Numbered from the whole stretch's first letter, positions 1 to 11,690 are shown. The stretch is 63,502 nt of DNA, filler included, from Olpidium bornovanus S191 (GCA_017911155.1; 28 parts of 28 records of this genome joined end to end with filler, not necessarily neighbours in it); one strand, 5' to 3'. Notes: generated by a model not told the origin, from the letters alone. Program-made: numbers and translations.

Positions 1-769
1 CATGTCCGCCCGGCAGAGCGACAACCTGCCCATAGCGCTTCGGGTCAACGCAAAGGCCGTCAGGGCCCTGCTCGACGCGGCGGGAGGGAAGCTTTTCGTG
101 GACATCGTTTCCAACCTGACTGTAAAGGTGCGTTTTTTAATGCAACCTTTTCTTTTCTTTGCGGACGAGAGGCGAGAGGGGAAGAGGGGGCGGGAAGGGA
201 GTAAGGGGCAAAATCAGGGTCAATTTTTTCTTGTTGCGGGGGGAAAAAACCCCTGTGCTCAAATTCGGACATTCGCACAATTCCGTGGTCGGCGTCGTCG
301 ACGGCGTTCAGGTCGGAGAGTACACGACGCAGCTGGACTATGACATAAAAAGCGTTCCTTGTTCGCTCTCCATTTAAAAAAGGTCCTTGTTCGATTTTTT
401 TTTGCACGCTTTCTTCGCACGCACTGCCGCGCGCTGTGCCCCGCGAAAGAGATGGGCATATTTTTTGGGTACGGTTTCACCTGAGCTTTTGAAGGGGTTG
501 GGGTGGCTGAGGGGAAACGACGATCATACATACAACACGCGCAAAAAAGGGCGAATTGGCAACGAGGACGGCGCGTGTTTGTGCGTGTTTGTGCAGGTGT
601 GGGGAGGAAAGGGGTAATAGAAATTGAATGCGGGAATAAAAAAAAAGGGTCGTACAAGTGGTGAATTCGACGCTGGGCGGTACCGAATCTTTTATGTGGG
701 CTCTTCTGCTCGTTCTACAACGATTCATCGTATGATCTATACTCCAATAAGTCATAACCTTTCACAAAA

Positions 770-1400
770 TGTCAGAAGGCGACCGGATAATCGATAACGT
801 TACGTGACCATGTAGCAGGCCCCTCAACGAAGCCTTCCCCCCTTCCGCCCATCTTCGATTCCCAACTCCTAACACAAAAACATCTTTCGACGGCCCAAGG
901 ACGACTGCCCTGTCCCGACTTCTCTGAACACGTCCGTCGATGTTGGAGCCGCCCCGCGCGCGCCTCCGGGGAGCCGTGATCGGCGCTGCGCTTCGCCGAG
1001 CCGCCCGCGCCTTGCGCGGCGCTGCCGCGCGGTTGCAACGGTCCTTTCTCTAACAACCTCCGCGCGCGCCTGTGCGCGCGCGCCACGCGTGCCACTGAGC
1101 CGCTGCCGTCGAGGCGCTTCCCTGCACCTCCGCTGACACCACCGCGCGTCATCTCAGGCGTCGAAGATAGAGAGCAGCTGCTGTCGAAGTTCGTCACCGC
1201 CGCGTCGACGCCCACTGTTTGGCGTCGCCCAAATGTAACGGCCTTTTTGTTTTGTGGTGTTTTTGGAGTTCGAGCGGAAGAGCCGCGTTTGTGGGGGGGG
1301 GGGGGGGGGTGGGGGGGGGGGGGCGGGGAGGGGGGGGGGGGGGGGGGACACGGGGGAAGCGGACGAAGTAAAAGGGGCGAGCTGTCCATAATATATGCAT
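770..1400 (-). mobile_element. Possible 3' LTR of the chromovirus element
   Basis: On the minus strand, a purine-rich tract (AGGCGGGGGGCAA) follows the chromodomain and is followed by TG; the segment ends ...TTCTGACA at 770. There is no second copy to confirm it. Confidence 0.3.
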
Positions 1401-1430
1401 TGCCCCCCGCCTAGTCCGCTGGCCCTGGGG

Positions 1431-2219
1431 TCAGAAGGACTCTTTAAGATACAGAAAAAGGGGGAAACCTGATTGTTCGGACGTTGCTTTCATCCCGCGA
1501 CGGCAGCCGGCGCGTTCGCGAGATTTACGCGCCGGTTCCCAAGAGTTTTCCGACGAGTCGAAATTTTTCCACTTTACCAAGTACTGCAGTTGACCGGCGG
1601 TGAAAGGCGGGCACCGAAGGACTTGTTCGACCTCTCCCACTCTTGAGAGACGTGGACCACGGGATGCAGCCGGGTGGTAGGGTGGAAGCTCAAAGTTCGT
1701 GGGCGAGGCGGGCCAAACGCGGCGGAGGGATGCGGTAGGGCCCAACGAAGCGGGTGCTTGGAGCTTCTCGGGGCAAAGACAATTTTTGTGTTGCCATCAG
1801 CGTTGACGCGAAGGCGCCGGGTGGACATAAGGACCCAGTCCCCCCCCCCACGCAGAACTCGAAATCGCGGCCGTGACGATTTGGCGTACGTCAACTCGGC
1901 GGTCCTGAGCGGCGGCCAAGGCGTCGCGTGCGCTCCTGGAGATTTGGCGTCCAGCGTGTCCCGCCAGGGATGACGTGGGGACAGAGGGGGGGGGCAGTCG
2001 GGCAAACGCGGTCAAAGGGGTCCTGCCGGAATGTACCCCCAGATCCAGCTTGAAAGGTGGACTGCAAGGTGGACGTCTTGAGGTGTGGCATTGTAGGCGT
2101 ATTCAGCCAAGCCGAGGTGGTCCACCCAGTTATCGCCCGCGGCGAACCAGCGGAGGTAGTCCTCCAAGGTGTGGTTGAGGCGCTCCACTAGGCCGTCCGT
2201 TTGCGGGTGGAACGACTTC
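1431..2219 (-). mobile_element. Degenerate Ty3/gypsy chromovirus LTR retrotransposon: integrase C-terminus plus chromodomain (frameshifted)
   Basis: Minus strand reads SFHPQTDGLVERLNHTLEDYLRWFAAGDNWVDHLGLAEYAYNAT (integrase HPQTDGxxERxN motif), then KLQAPASLGP...ELPPYHP (GPY/F-like region), then QYLVKWKNFDSSENSWEP (chromodomain). Confidence 0.9.
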
Positions 2220-2220
2220 C

Positions 2221-2251
<31 letters not shown>

Positions 2252-2263
2252 TTTTTTTCTCCC

Positions 2264-2363
2264 NNNNNNNNNNNNNNNNNNNNNNNNNNNNNNNNNNNNN
2301 NNNNNNNTTAATTAATTAANNNNNNNNNNNNNNNNNNNNNNNNNNNNNNNNNNNNNNNNNNNN
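2264..2363. other. Artificial contig-joining spacer (first of 27): 44 N + TTAATTAATTAA + 44 N
   Basis: The same 100-bp unit recurs, starting near 2264, 3682, 5530, 8540, 9878, 13236, 14688, 16393, 19553, 21426, 22640, 26859, 28034, 29153, 33584, 36756, 38733, 40038, 41322, 45129, 46518, 49303, 50410, 52038, 56517, 57954 and 62009. TTAATTAATTAA places stop codons in all six frames. Confidence 0.98.
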
Positions 2364-3337
2364 CATGACGCCGTTTCACACTACGCCGCAAAAGCGCGGG
2401 AGGAGCCGGACGTCGTGCCGCATTCGACGATTCGGATGCGGTCCCTGCGTTACCTTCCAGACGTCAAGGATCCCTTTGCACTGGGAATTGGTGCACACGT
2501 CCTTGTCCTCCACGTCGGCGTCGTCGAACTTCCAGTTGGGAAAGGAAACGATGACCTTGTCGAAGGTGGTCAATCCCAGGTGCCGGGATAACCGGTTGAC
2601 GGACTCGGTGACGTACTCCGGCGGGAATGGCTGCGACGAGGAGGAGAGGGAGAATATCTTCACTGCAGGAAAGTGGCGGAGAAGACGAACCAGACGTCCA
2701 GAAAGTTCAAAAGCAATTACGCCAATAAAGCGCGCATTCAACTTAGAGGCCGGGTGGAGAGGCGCCAGAATCCTCCGTGCTTCTTCCCCGCTATTCCGCG
2801 CGTTGTTCGGCCCCCCCCGAGGAAGCCGGGGCGACGCCTCCACTCCGGCTTTTCGATACCTGTCGTGTCCAGCTCTTCGGCCGTTTCGGCATGCGCACCA
2901 CCGTTTTGCTCCTGAGATGAAGAGGGCCGGAAATTCGCGGTACCGTCGTCAGCTGTCGTCGCAACGCAGTCTTCTAGGGTTTGCGAGATGGCCTCGAGCA
3001 GCTGGGCATAAGATCCCGAGTCGTCCGGCGCCGCGACGGACGAAGAAAAAATAAAGGTGGGGGAATCAGCCGCAATACCGTGCGCGGGATCGTGGAACCC
3101 AACGCGGCGGCAAAACCCTCACGACGCTTTCAAGCCGCGACCGCTCTCGCACGTGCTTGAGGTTCGCGGGTCAGGGGGTAGAAAAAGGGCGATGGGCAGG
3201 GAAATCCCCCCCCCCATTTTTGCTTTTGTTTCCCTGGCTCCACGCACCTGCTCGTCGGAGCCCGTGCGCGTGTTCCCCTCTTTCTTGGCCTTGATGAGGT
3301 TGGCGGAGTACACCACGACGCTGTCGGGCGCGGACAT
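2364..3337 (-). CDS. GCLM: Glutamate-cysteine ligase regulatory (modifier) subunit, multi-exon, 3'-truncated
   Basis: Exon 1 MSAPDSVVVYSANLIKAKKEGNTRTGSDEQ|gt; exon 2 LLEAISQTLEDC...EELDTT|gt; exon 3 VKIFSLSSSS...ESVNRLSRHLGLTTFDKVIVSFP...ILDVWK|gt. This matches the aldo-keto-reductase-like GCLM pattern (KLF...L.v..iD..IvS.P...W..LE). Confidence 0.75.
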
Positions 3338-3368
3338 GGCCGGCGGCGGGCGCGTCTTCCCTCTCTCT

Positions 3369-3402
<34 letters not shown>

Positions 3403-3507
3403 GTCTTCGGCGGTAGGGGCGTGGGGTGTGTGGCGTGCGTGGTCGGGATGACGGCACTTCGGAACAAAACAGGCCGGGGGGTGGGACCGCTGGGGAAAAA
3501 CGTTGAG

Positions 3508-3517
3508 GTCACGTGAC
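3508..3517. promoter_or_regulatory. Perfect palindrome GTCACGTGAC (Cbf1/USF-type E-box) about 170 bp upstream of the GCLM ATG
   Basis: The motif is directly visible and matches the RTCACGTG bHLH consensus. Function is inferred. Confidence 0.4.
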
Positions 3518-4742
3518 TTTTCTTTTTTTCCCCCCACTTCCTCTTCTCTCATCCCGCTCTTCATGTGGGAATACAACGCGAGACTGGCCCGCGAGAACTC
3601 ACCGCCTCTGCCGTGTCGCGAATCACCGTCACCGTGTGACGCACATCGTCGCCGCCGCGTGAGCTGCGCTTCTAATGCGCAANNNNNNNNNNNNNNNNNN
3701 NNNNNNNNNNNNNNNNNNNNNNNNNNTTAATTAATTAANNNNNNNNNNNNNNNNNNNNNNNNNNNNNNNNNNNNNNNNNNNNGTCGAGCAAATCCGGCTG
3801 GCCTCTGCGGTCCGTTCGAAGCGTCGATGTGTGAACCGGTGCGCAACGGGGATCGCTCTTTCTTTGTCAGGCTGTGGATCTCCCCAGACCGTGAGGCGCC
3901 GACAATCGCCGCATGAGCATGCCAGAGACTCCTATTGTCTCCTGCTTCACACCGCTTCTTTTCGTATGTGCACCGTCCGTCGGCCACTGCATCAATCGCA
4001 CCGCTCAACCTTGATGCTTTCATCGAAATGCAGCGCAACGCCCCGATAGCCACCGCCGTCGATTCGCCGATCGCTGACATACGCAGTCCTCACTCTTCTG
4101 CTAGTATGCTTTTCCCGCCCGGGCAAGAAGATATACGACGAGATGGGTTTTTAATGCGGCTAGCCTCCTTCTGTAGACCCACCGACTCATCGTTGCCGCC
4201 CCTCGAAGTTAGCCATAATTCGCGCGGTGGGGCTTTCTTCGCGACGGGGGGGATTGTAGCGGACACTCTATTATTCTCTGATTCGTCCGCCCAACGCATC
4301 GCCTTCTATTGATGTACCGTTTGACCGCGATGCCTCCCGTTCGATCTCAAGGCTTTCCGTTTGCTCTCGACGCTTCCGTTCGACCTCGAGATCTCTCGGT
4401 CGACCTCGAAGTCTTTCACTCGATCCCAATGCTTTTGCCCGACTTTGATACTCACCGCTCGAGCTCGATGTACCGCCCGCTTCTCCTTATTGTTGGGCTC
4501 CAATCGAGGGGGGCCCCTGTACGTAAACCCGCCGGTGCCCCCCTCTTCTAATAAACACAAGAACCCTTCGCCGGACACACCACCCACAACAGCTGCCTTG
4601 CGACTGCGGGTAAAAAAAAAAAAAAAAAAAAGCCAAAAAAAACGGCGGGGGAAAAAAAGCGCAACCCCCGGGTATAAAAGGGGGCACGGCGCGCGCCGCG
4701 CTCGCTTCATCCGGCTCGGAAGAAGAAAAAAAAGAAAGGAGG

Positions 4743-4862
4743 AAAAAAAGAAAGAAGGAAAGAAGGAAAGAAGGAAAGAAGGAAAGAAGGAAAGAAGGAA
4801 AAATGGAAAGAAGGAAAGAAGGAAAGAAGGAAAGAAGGAAAAATGGAAAGAAGGAAAGAAGA
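4743..4862 (+). repeat. (GAAAGAAG)n octamer microsatellite
   Basis: Tandem GAAAGAAG with occasional GAAAAATG variants. Confidence 0.9.
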
Positions 4863-5020
4863 CGGGAGACGGGAGACGGAGAGGAGGACCATGGTGGCGG
4901 GAGCAGTGGAGGGCGCCGGGGCAGCCGTGCACACCTACTGGGAAGTGGCGGAGAACTGGAGGGCAGACAACACGCGGCGTGGATTGCGCACGAAGCTGGA
5001 GGTGCGCGCTCCACGCTCCG

Positions 5021-5086
5021 CACGTCCGTCTCGTCCGTCACATCCGTCTCATCTGTCACGTCCGTCTCGTCCGTCACGTCCGTCCG
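5021..5086 (+). repeat. 9-bp tandem repeat (CCGTCWCRT-like)
   Basis: ccgtctcgt ccgtcacat ccgtctcat ctgtcacgt ccgtctcgt ccgtcacgt. Confidence 0.8.
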
Positions 5087-5090
5087 ACAC

Positions 5091-5398
5091 GAGTGCGACC
5101 TGTGTGCACGCTCGGCCAGCCATCTGGTTACCTCCTGGGGTACGCGTCAACGAGGGACGCTGGCGGAGAGCCCCCGCGCAGTAGTCCTTAGTCGGCGGCA
5201 TTACCGGGTAGCCAATTTGGCAGGCCGTCGCGGCAGGGTGCGCCAGTCCATTTCCGGTGCAATGAGTGCAACCTGTGTGTGCGCATGATCAGCCAGCTGG
5301 TGACTTCCTGGGGTACGCATCGACGAGGGACGCTGGCGGAGGGCCCCTCGCAGTAGTCCTTACTCGGCGGCATTACCGGGTAGCCAGCTTGGCGGGCC
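5091..5398 (+). repeat. Imperfect direct repeat of about 135 bp (5091-5226 and 5264-5398)
   Basis: Shared blocks include cctggggtacgc, cgagggacgctggcggag, gcagtagtcctta and tcggcggcattaccgggtagcca. Confidence 0.85.
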
Positions 5399-5629
5399 AT
5401 TGCCGCATGGTGGTGTGCTAGCCACGGAGCGGAGTGCCATGAACGCGTGGAGACGGCGTCCCACAATTTGTTGCTTGCATGGCGTAACGTTCCGCGGCCG
5501 TCTTGCACTAACGCTGCTCCGTCCTGCACNNNNNNNNNNNNNNNNNNNNNNNNNNNNNNNNNNNNNNNNNNNNTTAATTAATTAANNNNNNNNNNNNNNN
5601 NNNNNNNNNNNNNNNNNNNNNNNNNNNNN

Positions 5630-6640
5630 CATGACTGGTCCGTCCGCTCCCTCGATTTCATTACCGCTTACCTGAATTCTCCGTTAGACCGTCCCATTTT
5701 CCTCCGACAGATTGATGACTACGAAGGATTTCCCGATGACGACACCAAGGGCTACCTTCTCCAAAAAGCTCTCTATGGTTTAAAACAATCTGCACGATGT
5801 TGGAATGCTAATTTGGACTCTACCCTCCGCCAACTCAGTTTCCATCCCGTTCGCGCCGAACCATGTTTATACGTCCTACGAAGTGCTCCCCTCTCGACGC
5901 AAGGTGGCACAGACTGATGACGCCGAGAAGGTTGCAGATGATGCTGAGAAGCTCGCATCCACCGATGAATCCGAAGACGATTTTCTTTTTCCCGAATTTT
6001 CTGAATTTGACCCGGCCAATCCCAAGCTCCCTCCTTTTTCTACCATCTCCGTTTTACTTTGCCCATGGGTTGACGATATCGTTCTCACTGGTCCCGCCCC
6101 TGCCTTTCTCGATTCCATCGCTCGCGCACTCCATGACAGGTTTCCTTTGTCAGACGGTGGAGCCCTCACACACATCCGCGGGATAGAAGTGCTCCACGAC
6201 TGCAACGCCAAAGTCTTCCTTCCACAGCGGCAGTACATCGAGCACATCCTCAACCGGTTCAACCACACCAGTTGTCATGCCGATCCTCTTCCACTCAACC
6301 CGTCAGCCATCTCCACCCTACAGAGGACAGATGTTGCTCCAGCAGCCGAGAAAACACGATATGCCGAGCTTATCGGTTCTCTCATTTACCTGTCCACACG
6401 CACCGGTCCGGACATCGCCCCTGCAGTTGGCTTCCTAAGCCGTTCCACAGCCAATCCTTCCGCCACGCATTGGAATGCGTTGAAGCGCATACTGCAATAT
6501 CTTTGTGGCACAACAGATACGGACTCTGTTTTCCGGGGGCGCAATCCACCGACACCACGCCATACATCTGCGCGTACGCTGATTGGGACTGGGCCTCAGC
6601 CTCCGCCATGGCGTCACCGGGACCCTCTCCGCCATGGCGC
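5630..6640 (+). mobile_element. Degenerate Ty1/copia reverse transcriptase to RNase H start (frameshifted)
   Basis: LLQKALYGLKQSARCWN, VRAEPCLY, WVDDIVLTG (YVDD equivalent), YAELIGSLIYLSTRTGPDIAPAVGFLSR, HWNALKRILQYLCGT and AYADWDWA. Confidence 0.92.
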
Positions 6641-6947
6641 ACCGCCGTGGGGCCATGGAAAGAGCTTTGGAAGGAGCCGTGGATGGAGCCATGGAAGGAG
6701 CCATGGAGGGGGCCATGGCTCCTCTTTGCGTCTCCCCTCCGGTTTACTCACAGAGCACAATAAGCACCAAACACAACGGACAGGCGCCGTTTTCCAACAT
6801 TGCCAACACTTTTTTTTCCCTCTCCGCCCACGCTTTATTCTGCCCGTTTCCGCGCGATCAGCTCCGCCCGTTTTGTCCCTCCCCCGGCCCGCGCGGGGCT
6901 TGCGGCCGCGGCGCGGCCCCTCCCCCCTTTCCCCCCCACGCTCGCGC

Positions 6948-7692
6948 ATGGACTCGCGCAGGGGCGCCGGCTCGCGGGACCAAAACCTGGAGGAGTTCCC
7001 GCTGCCGCCGTGGTCGCGTGCCGCGTCCCCCGCGCCGGACGCGGCGGAAGAGTGGCCCGACCGCCCCCACAACCCCCGCCCCCGCCTCCACCGCCCCCGC
7101 TCGAGAGGCTCGCCGCGGCTCCCCGATGGCCTGCCGCTGCGGCCGAGCGCCGCGGGGTCCTCGGCGGAGACGGCGGGGTACCTGTCCCTGCCGGCGGTCC
7201 CCGTCTTGGCGCCGTACGCGCAGGCGCCGCGCATACGGAACTACACGCGGAAGAACACCATCTACATCAGCCAGGCGGAGCCCGACACCACGGGTCTCAT
7301 GGGCTGGGCCCTCCTCCTGTGCACCTACGTTGCGTTCGTGGCCCTGGGATACGCGGCGGTAGTCAGCAAGTTCATGCCGCGTACGGGAAACAAGGTGCGG
7401 ATTACCCCAACCGGGTCTTTCCTCCGGGAAGAGATTCGCCCCGTCGAAAAGGGCGTTTTAACCTTCCCCCACCCTCCCTCCCACCGGCGTGCGCGCCGCC
7501 GCCGCCTTGTGGGGAGGCGCCCAAAACTCGACTTGAACATCTTCGTTTGACTTGCGGCTGCCGGCAAACCAGATCTTGGACTACATCAGCGATGACAACT
7601 ATTACAGTGTCCTGATACCTGTGACCCTGCCCGTTGCTATCTTCTGGGCTTTCTTCAACTGGCTGGGCCTCAAGACGTTCCGCACGAACTGA
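6948..7692 (+). CDS. PIGY: GPI-GlcNAc transferase subunit Y family (PIG-Y), 2 exons (6948-7394, 7573-7692)
   Basis: Spliced product ...GWALLLCTYVAFVALGYAAVVSKFMPRTGNK|ILDYISDDNYYSVLIPVTLPVAIFWAFFNWLGLKTFRTN*, with a GT-AG intron in phase 0 and the typical fungal PIG-Y SKxMPxTGN...DxYY...WxGxKxFRxN pattern. Confidence 0.85.
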
Positions 7693-8639
7693 GGCGCCGC
7701 CGCGCGCAGCGTCTTGGGGCATTGCCGTTCGCTGTTTCCGTTATAAAGTATGATCAACGGGACACGCTCAGAATTAACTCCCTATCCGCTGTGCAGCAGA
7801 GAAAACAGAGAAAAGTCTGCCTGGTCTCTTAATTGACGTTTAGTGATCGTGAAAGCCGGTCCGCGGCGACGTATTCTATAAGTGAAAAATCGTATCGGTT
7901 CCTTGGTATACAGGAGTTGGCCGTCCGGGGACAACTCTCAATGGTTTACGCCTGCGTTCAATGACTGCGTGGCCCTGTCCTGACCTTCCTCTCACGTGAC
8001 TGGCGTGGGTTTTTTGGCTCCTCGGTGACTGTAAGTGCTCGGGCGCCTTTGTGTCGGCCAGGGCGCGACTTCGCCAATGGTACGCGGGAACGGCTCCGGA
8101 TTGGGGCCCCCCGGATCATCTTGGTTGGCCGATTCGTGACCGTGAAAGGTGTGTTGTAGAAATTGTCTTGGATTATTAAATTATTGTGCGTGTTGAAAAC
8201 AAAAAAACGGGCGGGATGGGAGCGGCTTCCGGCCCGTTCTGCGTCCGATTCAGACGACCGCAAGGCTTGAGTCCTAGTGTCCTGCCAGCGAGGTTCGGCC
8301 CTTTTCGATCGGCGGCGGGATGGGCCTGGTCCCCGAAAGTCCTCCTGATTGGCGGCCGCTGACGGTCGCTGGCAAGGTGGCTGAGATTTAAACTCATATG
8401 TATACTTTGGAAGAGGTGGCTGCTCGAGTCAGGCGACGCCGACCGGCGGATCCGCGTCTCTCACAAGCTGTGAGTTGCTCCCAAGCGGTCTCTCCATCTC
8501 GAAGAGCTCGTCTGCCGCCCAAAGGGCGGAACCTGCATGNNNNNNNNNNNNNNNNNNNNNNNNNNNNNNNNNNNNNNNNNNNNTTAATTAATTAANNNNN
8601 NNNNNNNNNNNNNNNNNNNNNNNNNNNNNNNNNNNNNNN

Positions 8640-9190
8640 CCATGCGCCGATGGGAAGATTATGCAAGTTCTTCGCCCTGGTCAGCCGCCGGTCGATCTTC
8701 GCCTCCCCATCAAGGTTCTGGGTCCGCTTGAAAATGGTGAACTTGATTAGTTGATTCGGCCCTTCGACCAACATGCGCCGCAACTGCCGGTCGTCTGTGA
8801 CAAGGCAGGGATAAATTGGGCCAGGTCCCCGTGCTCTCTGTTAGAAACTTTCGCCGACTCTTGGGGAGGTTTTCGTGACCGATTTTGTATCGCTGTACGA
8901 ATCCTCTTCCCGGTCAAATGGGGGTGTGGCCGGGCTCATTTTTCCGCACCTCTCATGTCTCTGCTCGTGTACGTCGGCGCCTGGGCGTTGGTCGTGTCGC
9001 CCAGGTTGTCGAGCACCTGGAACTCCTCGATGAGCTGGTTGCGGAATATCGACGCCCGTGGGGAAAGGTCGTGGAATGCGTTGTTGTACTCGGCAAACTC
9101 CGCCTTCCTCTGCGAAGGCAAGGACGACGAGTCCGTCGTCATCCGCGAGCTCGCCGACATGCCCGAATTGACGGAGAAGGTGGACTGCAT
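8640..9190 (-). CDS. Unidentified multi-exon protein, 5' part
   Basis: MQSTFSVNSG...AEFAEYNNAFHDLSPRASIFRNQLIEEFQVLDNLGD...RDMR|gtgcgg...cacag|DDRQLRRMLVEGPNQLIKFTIFKRTQNLDGEAKIDRRLTRAKNLHNLPIGAW. It splices in frame and has globular composition. Family not recognised. Confidence 0.6.
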
Positions 9191-10112
9191 CTTTGGAGTC
9201 CCGCCCGGCTCGTTCGCTCGGGTTTTAGACCGGAAGATGGTCCGGAGGAAGGGGGGAGGAGGAATGCGTGCTCGCGTATGCTTGCGTGTGTGTGCGGGCG
9301 CAGGACGATCGGGCCGGCTCGCGCGCGTTTGCTTTCCGGCGTGATGTTCAACCTCGCTCGGGTCGCGCCGTGGGGCTCAAAAAAGGCAGCAGTTGCCGGA
9401 TCGACAATCCGCTTCTCTCCCACTCCCCTCCCTTTCCCTCCCGTTTCAAGCCCCCGGGGAGTGGAGATATTCTCGTCGAGATTTCGGGGTGCGCTCCGCC
9501 AGGTGCGATCGAAGGGGGCGGAGAGGGGGGAAATTCTCCGCTTCCCGGCGAAAACTGCGGCGAAAGCTCGGCCGCCCCGCGGAGGCCTTTTCTTCCTGCT
9601 TTTTTGGGGGAAGAGTGTGGGGTGCGCCGTGTTGTTTTCTTTTTTTTTTTTTTTTTTTTTTTTTTCGTCCGGGGGGGGTGTCGTCCGGGGGGGGGGTCGT
9701 CCGGCGGGGGAAGGCAAAATAAACTTCGCCCTGCGCCCGAGCGTGCAGGGACCCCTTGCGTGGGTCTGCCGAGCGTGGGGGCTCCCCGGCTTGGGCGGGC
9801 CCGTCTGGGTCATGGTGAAACCACTGCTTGCCGACGTACCGGGGTACGATGGAACCGGTGGTGCGATGAGACTCGAGANNNNNNNNNNNNNNNNNNNNNN
9901 NNNNNNNNNNNNNNNNNNNNNNTTAATTAATTAANNNNNNNNNNNNNNNNNNNNNNNNNNNNNNNNNNNNNNNNNNNNCATGGTTGGTTCGTCGCACTAG
10001 ACGCCCAGACAAAGCTAACGCAATCGTGAGCAACCGTTGCCCCAGATGTAGCGAGCCGCCCACAAATTGCGGTGCTCTTGAAGACAAGCGCGCTGCGTTC
10101 GGTGTTTCTGAA

Positions 10113-10355
10113 TCTCTGCCAACCCGGCGCTTGCAATGGGAGGTGATCCACGGCCTTAAACAATTAATTCAGCTGATGAACACCCAAACCCTGAATTATG
10201 TGAAAAACAACAAAAATTACACGCCACACGTTGTATACACTTCTCTGCCAACCCGGCCCTTGCAATGGGAAGATATCTTCTTGAACAATCAATTCAGCTG
10301 ATGACCATCCAAACCCTGAACTATCTAGAATATAATAAGAATTACACGCCACACG
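10113..10355 (+). repeat. Imperfect direct repeat of about 115 bp (10113-10230 and 10242-10355)
   Basis: tctctgccaacccggc...ttgcaatggga...aattcagctgatga...ccaaaccctgaa...aattacacgccacacg occurs twice. Confidence 0.85.
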
Positions 10356-10968
10356 CTGTGCACAACCCCTTTCCCTCATCTGCTTTTACCATACACTAGA
10401 TGGAAATTGCCGTAAAGAACAACCAACAGCGCGCACTGTCCTCGTTTTCGAATTTAGTGCACAAATCTGCTTCCCTTAACTCTTCAACTCCGATTTCGAT
10501 CGGGGAAAAGGTATGTTTGCGCTTCCCTTCTCGCAGCACTGCGTTAACCAACGGGCCGGCAAATGCGCACCGGCATGCACCAGGCACTGGACGCACAATC
10601 CGCCAACTCCTGGGCATTTCTGCCCTGGATCGCAGGCGGCGGGGAGGGGGGAAGGGTGGGGGTGCGGTTCGGCTGTTGTCCTGTTCAGTGCAGCCTCCTG
10701 AAAAGTGTTAACGATTATAGCATTTTGGCGGTTTACCGTCCGTGAACAGTGTGAAACACGACGGGGCTCTGTACGCACAAGCACATCGGAGACAGGATCC
10801 GCAGCGCGAGGTGCTCTAGAGCGATTGTTTGTAGACGGAGACGGGAGGGTTCTCGCTTGCAGGCCCGACTTTCTCATGAACCTGGCTTTTTCCCTGCCAG
10901 GTAAACGCGAGCAACGAGAACGCTCATAAACGAGTTGTTGCTAAAGGGTCCGTGATCGGGACCGGTTC

Positions 10969-11690
10969 TCAGCGGGCAAGCCATCGCCCGCTGCACATAC
11001 CCTTGCCACCCTTTGCGCCGGCCGGCCTTTCGTACGCGTTCGGCGGCGGCAAACGCGAGGTCCGTTTCCGCTTCCCCCCGGGCTGGGGTAAGCTGCCCGA
11101 AGACGATCCGGGGTCGCCGTGGTGGTGGTGATGGTGGTCGTCGTGGGAGCCCTGGCTGCAGGAGTCCGAATCCGAGTCCGAAGACGAGTCCGAATCACTC
11201 GAGCATTCCGAATCGGACTCATCGAACGCCGTCGGCTTCCTGTAGATGCAGCAGACTGCGCACAAAGCAAAGGACACCACCTTGGCGTCAGGCCCCAGAC
11301 ATAAAGTCTCACGCACACCAAAAGCCGGCCACGGAGCAGCACCCGGCACGAGGGCGACCGAGGCAAAACCAAAAGAAAAAAACTCAAAGTACTTTTGCTG
11401 CTTTTCTTGCCCAGCCCTTCATTGTCCACGACGTCGTCGTCCCAGCGGATACGCCTGGAGCTGGAGTCGGCGGCCTCCTCGGCCTCCTGTTGCCGCGACG
11501 ACGAGGCGACGTCGGCGGCGACCAGGCGGAGGGTGCCGGCTGGGCCGATGACGGTCGTGCGCGAGCCTGCCACACGCACCGGCGAGGTCGCCAGGCCGGC
11601 GGCGGCGGCGGCGGGCGGCCCGCGCGACGACGAGGGGCGCGTCCCGTCCGGAGACGCCGGAATGGCGGCGGAGACGAAAGGGGGCGGCGG
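10969..11690 (-). CDS. YPI1: Protein phosphatase 1 regulatory subunit Ypi1/Inhibitor-3 (PPP1R11); start codon unresolved
   Basis: RRIRWDDDVVDNEGLGKKSSK|ICCIYRKPTAFDESDSE...HHHHH...PPPNAYERP. It has an RVxF-type RIRW motif, the hallmark VDNExLGKKxSKxCCIYxK, and a GT-AG intron. Confidence 0.9.

Noticed and set aside
746-760. GGTTATGAC (minus strand) as another half-tRNA PBS
   Set aside because: Only 8 bases match, it is about 10 nt away from the candidate LTR end, and it lies on the wrong (3') side of that element.
2308-2319. TTAATTAATTAA as a biological repeat or regulatory site
   Set aside because: It is always centred in exactly 88 Ns, so it is an artificial six-frame-stop linker.
4306-5288. 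Poly-Lys/Arg or Phe/Leu/Ser 'membrane' ORFs
   Set aside because: They are artefacts of the (GAAAGAAG)n microsatellite and A-runs.
5805-7550. 581-aa ORF as a copia RT-PIG-Y fusion protein
   Set aside because: The frame is open by chance across a decayed RT, a spacer and PIG-Y exon 1. The RT motifs switch frames and PIG-Y has its own ATG at 6948.
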